A DNA stretch of 64,000 nt from Actinomycetes bacterium (GTDB lineage Bacteria; Actinomycetota; Acidimicrobiia; Acidimicrobiales; RAAP-2): the NCBI GenBank assembly GCA_021828055.1, contig JAKATH010000001.1, positions 16,707-80,706 on the forward strand, given 5' to 3'. Both the position numbers and the translations under genes were made by a program. Under the pieces are notes generated by a model, which searched no databases, had not been told where the DNA came from, and saw only the letters and a list, made by a program, of their open reading frames with translations. This document shows positions 59,859-64,000 of the stretch, one piece after another. Positions within the stretch are counted from its first letter, which is position 1. The number at the start of each line of letters is the position of its first letter.

Positions 59859-60419
59859 TCACAGGTACGTCCCCGGGCGTGGCGGGACCGGTTCGTCGTC
59901 GTCCGGGCGCGGCAACCCTCGTTGGCGCATCTGGTCGAGCTGCGCCCTGGCAGCCATCTGCTGAGCGACCAACGTCGCCTGGATGCCGTGGAACAGCCCC
60001 TCCAACCACCCGACGAGCTGGGCCTGCGCGACCCTGAGCTCCGCCTCTGAGGGGACCCCGTCGTCGAAGGGGAACGCCATGCGGTCGAGCTCCTCGGACA
60101 GGTCCGGCGAGAGGCCGGAGGAGAGCTCCCGGACCGACTGCTCGTAGATCTCCTTCAGCCGCACGCGTCCGGCTTCGTCCAACTGCGCCTGGCGGACCTC
60201 CTCGAGAAGCTGTTTGACCATGGTGCCGATCCGCATCACCTTGCCGGGCTGCTCGACGGATTCGCGGCGCTCCTCGGGGCCTTCCCCTCCGTCCCTGCTC
60301 GCGCCGTCGCCTCCGGCACCCGGTGTCGCGGAGGGCGACCGTCCGGGCCCCGGCAGCACCTCGTCGGGCGAGACCGCCTGCTCGGCGTCCGTCGTCGGTG
60401 TCGAGTCCACTGTGCTCAT
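59859..60419 (-). CDS. bpa: bacterial proteasome activator (Bpa/PafE family)
   Basis: KVMRIGTMVKQLLEEVR...AQAQLVGWLEGLFHGIQATLVAQQMAARAQL...GTYL. Closely resembles my recollection of M. tuberculosis Rv3780, including the C-terminal Tyr-Leu. Confidence 0.85.
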   Translation of the reverse strand: MSTVDSTPTTDAEQAVSPDEVLPGPGRSPSATPGAGGDGASRDGGEGPEERRESVEQPGKVMRIGTMVKQLLEEVRQAQLDEAGRVRLKEIYEQSVRELSSGLSPDLSEELDRMAFPFDDGVPSEAELRVAQAQLVGWLEGLFHGIQATLVAQQMAARAQLDQMRQRGLPRPDDDEPVPPRPGTYL

Positions 60420-60486
60420 ACCGTCGATGATGCCAGAGGCAGGGGGGTGCCAGCGGATCTGCCGACGGCCTCGCTTCAGAGCGGGG

Positions 60487-61683
60487 TCACGGCTTCGGCG
60501 CCCACGCGAGCAGGGGGACGAACATCTCGTCCGGCGTGAGCGAGCCGTGACGGCAGACGAGGCGCTGCTCGCCGGTGTCGGCAGGGTCCAAGAAGGCAGT
60601 CGCTGCGAACGGCACGAGAGCGACGTCCCCGAGCCGCGCGCGCACGTCCGCGGCGGGGGTGCCGCCGAGCCAGCCGTCGTCGACGATCTGCTCGACGCCT
60701 CGCACCCACGCGACGTCGCCGTACCGCTCGGAGGCGACGGCGAGGAGGTCGTCTTTCGCGCCAGGCCGCGCGTGCAGCCACCGGAACCGACCCTCTCCCG
60801 AGAGCAGGGTGACGGCAGCCATCACGTCGGCGCCGAACACTTCGATCGACGGGCCGACGTCGACCTGTCCGTGGTCGGCGGTCACGACCAGCACCGCTCC
60901 GGGCGGGAGCACCTCGAGGAGGTCGCCGACCAAACGGTCCGCGGCACGAAGCTCGGCGTCGTAGTGCTCGCCCAGCCCGCACGCGTGCGCAGTGCGGTCG
61001 ATGCCGTCGTAGTAGGCGTAGACGAAGGGCGCGCCGCGCTCGAGGAGCCTCCGCACCTCGACGACGAGGCCGGCGGGCGTGCGCCAGCCGTAGAGGGGTG
61101 AGTCGCCGAGGTGGGCCGCGGTGAACCCGGTCGCGGCGTACTCGTTCCTGGAGACGACGGGCGTCGGTGAAGGGCTCGCCGGGAACGCCCGGCGCGGCTG
61201 GAAGGTCCGAGGGGGGACGAGCCGGCGCCCGTCGCGCTCCCCGAGCCGCCACCCGAGCACGTTCAGGATCTCGTCGCCCACGGCGACGCGGTAGCCGACC
61301 ACGCCGTGCTCCGACGGAGGGAGCCCGGTCGTCAGGCTGGTGAGCGCCGAAGCGGTCGTGCTGGGTGCGACCGACGTGACGGTCGTGCCCGTGCCGCTGC
61401 CGAGCACGGGCGCCAGACGCGAGGCCCTCGCGTCGAGCTGGCGCGAGCCGAGGCCGTCGAGCACGAGGAGCACGACCTGACGGGCTCCATGGACCGGCTC
61501 GGGAAGCCAGTCGGCACGGGGTCCTTCGGCACGGGGTCCTTCGGCACGGGGTCCTTCGGCCGGCTCGTCGGCCGCGCCGACCTCGGCGAGCAGGAGACGG
61601 ACGACCTCGGTCAGGCAGCGGCCGCCGAAGTCCGGCAGCACCGGCTCGGGCCCCGTTGCGGCCGGCACCGGGCTTGCGACCAT
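60487..61683 (-). CDS. alkaline phosphatase superfamily protein (nucleotide pyrophosphatase/phosphodiesterase-like)
   Basis: VLLVLDGLGSRQL, ...PSTTASALTSLTTGLPPSEHGV, ...TADHG. Start at internal ATG 61683. N-terminal AEGPR x3 repeat. Confidence 0.8.
   Translation of the reverse strand: MVASPVPAATGPEPVLPDFGGRCLTEVVRLLLAEVGAADEPAEGPRAEGPRAEGPRADWLPEPVHGARQVVLLVLDGLGSRQLDARASRLAPVLGSGTGTTVTSVAPSTTASALTSLTTGLPPSEHGVVGYRVAVGDEILNVLGWRLGERDGRRLVPPRTFQPRRAFPASPSPTPVVSRNEYAATGFTAAHLGDSPLYGWRTPAGLVVEVRRLLERGAPFVYAYYDGIDRTAHACGLGEHYDAELRAADRLVGDLLEVLPPGAVLVVTADHGQVDVGPSIEVFGADVMAAVTLLSGEGRFRWLHARPGAKDDLLAVASERYGDVAWVRGVEQIVDDGWLGGTPAADVRARLGDVALVPFAATAFLDPADTGEQRLVCRHGSLTPDEMFVPLLAWAPKP
61511..61560. 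repeat. perfect tandem repeat, 15 bp x3.3
   Basis: TCGGCACGGGGTCCT x3 plus TCGGC. Encodes AEGPR x3 near the phosphodiesterase-like N-terminus. Confidence 0.95.
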
Positions 61684-61770
61684 TGCCGACCAGCGTAGAA
61701 GTCGGCCGGCCCGCCAGGCGAGCCGGCGTCCCGCGCCAGGACGGGTCGGCGGCTCCTCCTGCACGAGAAG

Positions 61771-61793
61771 ACGTCCCGGTAACATCGGGACGT
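61771..61793. promoter_or_regulatory. perfect 8-7-8 palindrome overlapping the -10 box and start codon of the Rrf2 gene (candidate auto-operator)
   Basis: ACGTCCCG-gtaacat-CGGGACGT. TAACAT (61780-61785) lies 6 nt before GTG 61792, which is inside the right arm. Confidence 0.55.
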
Positions 61794-62319
61794 GAGAGTG
61801 TCCACCCGCGGCGACTACGCGTGCCGAGCCCTGCTCTCGCTGGCCTTGCACGGCGCCACGTCGACACCCACCTCAGTCCGCGACATCGCGGAACGGACCG
61901 GGCTCCCTCAGCCGTACCTCGAGCAGATCCTCCTCGCGCTGAAGGGAGCGGGGCTCGTCCGCTCCAAGCGCGGCGTGGGAGGCGGCTACGTGCTCGCACG
62001 CGAGCCGGCCGACATCACCCTCGCACAGGTGGTGTCGGCGGTCGACGGACCGATCGTGGCCGGCGACTTCGGTGAGCCGCACGAGAACGGCGCCTGCGAC
62101 CACGAGGGGCAGTGCGTCCTCCTCGCGGTGTGGGCCGAGGTCGGAACCACCATGCGCGAGCACCTCCAGTCGTTCACGCTCGCCGACATGGTCCGTCGCG
62201 CGCGAGGAACGCGCTCGGAAACGCCGCCTCCCGCGCCGGGACCGACGTTCGACGACGACCGGGGCCAGGGGGGAGCCGCTCTCGAAGGCATGCTCGGATC
62301 CCTCGCCGGGCCCGGGTAG
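61792..62319 (+). CDS. Rrf2-family transcriptional regulator
   Basis: MRVSTRGDYACRALLSLAL...SVRDIAERTGLPQPYLEQILLALKGAGLVRSKRGVGGGY. Cys residues at ...NGACDHEGQC.... Confidence 0.92.
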   Translation: MRVSTRGDYACRALLSLALHGATSTPTSVRDIAERTGLPQPYLEQILLALKGAGLVRSKRGVGGGYVLAREPADITLAQVVSAVDGPIVAGDFGEPHENGACDHEGQCVLLAVWAEVGTTMREHLQSFTLADMVRRARGTRSETPPPAPGPTFDDDRGQGGAALEGMLGSLAGPG

Positions 62320-62418
62320 GCCCGGCTCGGTCGGGCCCGGCTCGGTCGGGCCCGGCTCGGTCGGGCCCGGGCTCGGCCAGGCCCCAGCTCGGTCGGGCCC
62401 CAGCTCGGCCGGGCCCGG
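62319..62418. repeat. tandem repeat, 15 bp x3 perfect followed by ~4 degenerate copies
   Basis: GGCCCGGCTCGGTCG x3 (62319-62363), then GGCCCGGGCTCGGCCAG, GCCCCAGCTCGGTCG and so on. Starts at the last base of the Rrf2 stop codon. Confidence 0.9.
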
Positions 62419-62429
62419 GATCTTCAGCC

Positions 62430-63038
62430 TCAGGGCGCAGACGGGGGTTCGCCGGGAGCGCCCGAAGGCTCCACCAGCACGTTCCAACGGGAGACGACGG
62501 GCGTCTCGCGCTCCCAGCCGAGCGCGCACACCGCACCGGGGCCGAGAGACAGGAGCCGGCCGCCGGCTGGCGGAAGGCCGACCCATCTGGCCGCCATCAC
62601 GCGGAGGAAGTGGCCGTGCGAGAAGAGGATCACGTCGCCGCCGGCTTTCCGTGCCCGCCCGATCACGCGGTCGGCTCGGCGCCCGACGTCTGCCGCCGAC
62701 TCGCCGCCTGGTACGCCGTCCGCCCAGAGCGTCCAGCCGGGCCGCCCCGCCCGGATCCGCTCCGTCGTCTCGCCCTCGTACTCCCCGTAGTCCCACTCGA
62801 CGAGGTCGGCACAGGCATCTGCGCGGCCCCCGAAGCCCGCCAGCCGGCAGGTCTCCGCTGCGCGTGACAGCGGGCTCGTGAGCACGAGTGCCGGGTCCGG
62901 GACCAACCGGGAGAGCCATCGGCCGGCGACTCTCGCCTCGACCATTCCAATCGGCAGCAGCGGCACGTCGGTGCGGCCCGTGTGACGCCCCGTCGCGCTC
63001 CACTCGGTCTCACCATGACGGACCAGCCAGACGTCCAC
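62430..63038 (-). CDS. histidine phosphatase family protein (phosphoglycerate mutase-like)
   Basis: LVRHGETEWS catalytic RHG motif and the downstream FSHGHF motif. Confidence 0.9.
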   Translation of the reverse strand: MDVWLVRHGETEWSATGRHTGRTDVPLLPIGMVEARVAGRWLSRLVPDPALVLTSPLSRAAETCRLAGFGGRADACADLVEWDYGEYEGETTERIRAGRPGWTLWADGVPGGESAADVGRRADRVIGRARKAGGDVILFSHGHFLRVMAARWVGLPPAGGRLLSLGPGAVCALGWERETPVVSRWNVLVEPSGAPGEPPSAP

Positions 63039-63047
63039 ACCTGAACG

Positions 63048-63426
63048 TCACCATCCCCGGCGGCCGCCTGCAAACCGCCCAGCGCCCAAGGGACGCGCCC
63101 GCAGGCCGGGTGAGCGCCTGGAGTCCCGCTCGGGGATGGGGATGGCCGGGTCCTCCCCGGTGCCGGGCGGAGCGAGCCGCCCCGGCCCGAACCGGTCGTT
63201 CCGGGCTCCGACCTGGCCGTTCGAGCACGGAATGACACCGAGGGCATGGGCGTTGTACCCGAACGGGTAGGGCTGTCCTGTGGAGCGAGTCGAGCCCCAC
63301 CCGCCGCTTCCGGGCGGAGACGTAGCCGATCCAGACCACCACGACGATCCAGACCACCACGACGATCCAGAAGAGAGCGACGAAGCACCCGACCATGAGC
63401 ACCTTCACCAAGAGCAGCGCAGCCAC
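63048..63426 (-). pseudogene. possible frameshifted gene for a small membrane-anchored protein
   Basis: The N-terminal TM helix frame ([39 protein letters not shown]) loses GC3 bias near 63275-63285. The +1 frame then shows ~85-90% GC3 and stops at TGA 63048-63050, 9 nt before the phosphatase GTG. Confidence 0.3.
63328..63371. repeat. perfect tandem repeat, 18 bp x2.4
   Basis: GATCCAGACCACCACGAC x2 plus GATCCAGA, 24 nt upstream of the sigma ATG. In frame (WIVVVV x2) in the antisense hydrophobic ORF. Confidence 0.95.
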
Positions 63427-64000
63427 CGCCGACAGCCTCGGCCTGCTTCTCCGCGACCTCGACCAGTACCCGATGCCCGATCACGATCAGCAGGTCGCGT
63501 TGGCGAAGCGGGTCGCGGCCGGCGACGAGAGCGCACGCAAGCAGATGGTGGCCGCGAACCTCCGTCTCGTCGTGCACTGGGCCCGCCGGTACCAGGACCG
63601 CGGCGTGGACCTCGCCGACCTCGTGCAGGAAGGGACCTTCGGGCTGCTCCGAGCGGTCGAGAAGTTCGATTGGGAGCGCGGCTTCCGGTTCTCCACGTAC
63701 GCGACGTGGTGGATCCGGCAGGCGTTGCAGCGCGCCGTCCAGCAGCACGGCCGCACGATTCGCATCCCCCTCGAAGTCGGTGAACGGCTCCAGAGGATCG
63801 ACGCGATCGCGGCAGAGCTCGCGGGCCAGCTCGGACGCCAGCCCACCGACGAGGAGCTGGCCGAGGTGACGGGCATGACGATCGAAGAGCGCCGACACCT
63901 CGAGGACGTCGCCCGGGTGACGGCCAGCCTCGACCAGCCCGCGACCATGGACTCGTCGACGCCGCTCGGCGAGCTCGTCGCGCCGGACGGCGACGACTGG
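63395..64000 (+). CDS. RNA polymerase sigma-70 family factor (group 1/2-like regions 2-3), 3' end outside window
   Basis: Not in the ORF track because no stop falls in the window. ATG 63395 follows an in-frame TAG at 63323. [41 protein letters not shown]...RTIRIP. Confidence 0.88.
   Translation, partial: MSTFTKSSAATADSLGLLLRDLDQYPMPDHDQQVALAKRVAAGDESARKQMVAANLRLVVHWARRYQDRGVDLADLVQEGTFGLLRAVEKFDWERGFRFSTYATWWIRQALQRAVQQHGRTIRIPLEVGERLQRIDAIAAELAGQLGRQPTDEELAEVTGMTIEERRHLEDVARVTASLDQPATMDSSTPLGELVAPDGDDW

Noticed and set aside
63256-63269. 14-bp perfect palindrome TACCCGAACGGGTA as an operator for the sigma or phosphatase promoters
   Set aside because: It falls inside the frame with the best coding signal (encoding YPFGY) of the suspected frameshifted gene. 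It is also a single short dyad with no second copy in the window.

Overview
64-kb, roughly 72% GC, very gene-dense chromosomal core segment with Actinomycetota-type (Mycobacterium-like) gene order. All family assignments come from motif recognition by eye; no database search or folding was run. I call about 70 protein genes and saw no rRNA, tRNA, CRISPR, transposase, integrase or prophage signal. Bases 2.6-45 kb are an almost uninterrupted minus-strand block: aroC-aroK-aroB-aroQ, M24 peptidase-efp-nusB, pyrR-pyrB-pyrC-carA-carB-pyrD-pyrF, mihF-gmk-rpoZ-coaBC-metK-priA, def-fmt-rpe, ribD-ribBA-ribH-hisG, infC-rpmI-rplT-trmH-pheS-pheT, argC-J-B-D-R-G-H and mpg. It is preceded by the tail of a peptide-type ABC importer. 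Bases 45-64 kb hold an Nfu-type Fe-S protein, tyrS, a menaquinone cluster (menD/H/A/B/E), a DUF255-like thioredoxin-fold protein, two uncharacterised genes, the proteasome activator Bpa, an Rrf2 regulator and a partial sigma-70 gene. I found no obvious multi-gene novel system such as a defence island. What ordinary annotation does not explain is: (1) an unusually high density of near-perfect short tandem duplications (9-36 bp units) at protein termini, linkers and operon junctions, with 3n unit lengths in reading frames; (2) about 20 stop/start overlaps, including three CTGA junctions where a CTG start seems required, best supported at gmk because its P-loop lies upstream of any canonical start; (3) a def-fmt junction rearranged by two 22-bp duplications, leaving fmt without a canonical start and with an in-frame TGA behind a def-coupled GTG; (4) a 26-codon micro-ORF coupled at both ends between tyrS and the next gene; (5) many TANNNT boxes 5-9 nt upstream of start codons, suggesting leaderless mRNAs, including an ARG-box-controlled argC and a palindrome-controlled Rrf2 gene; (6) a probable frameshifted membrane-protein ORF next to the sigma gene; (7) a convergent pair of uncharacterised genes at 58-59.7 kb.
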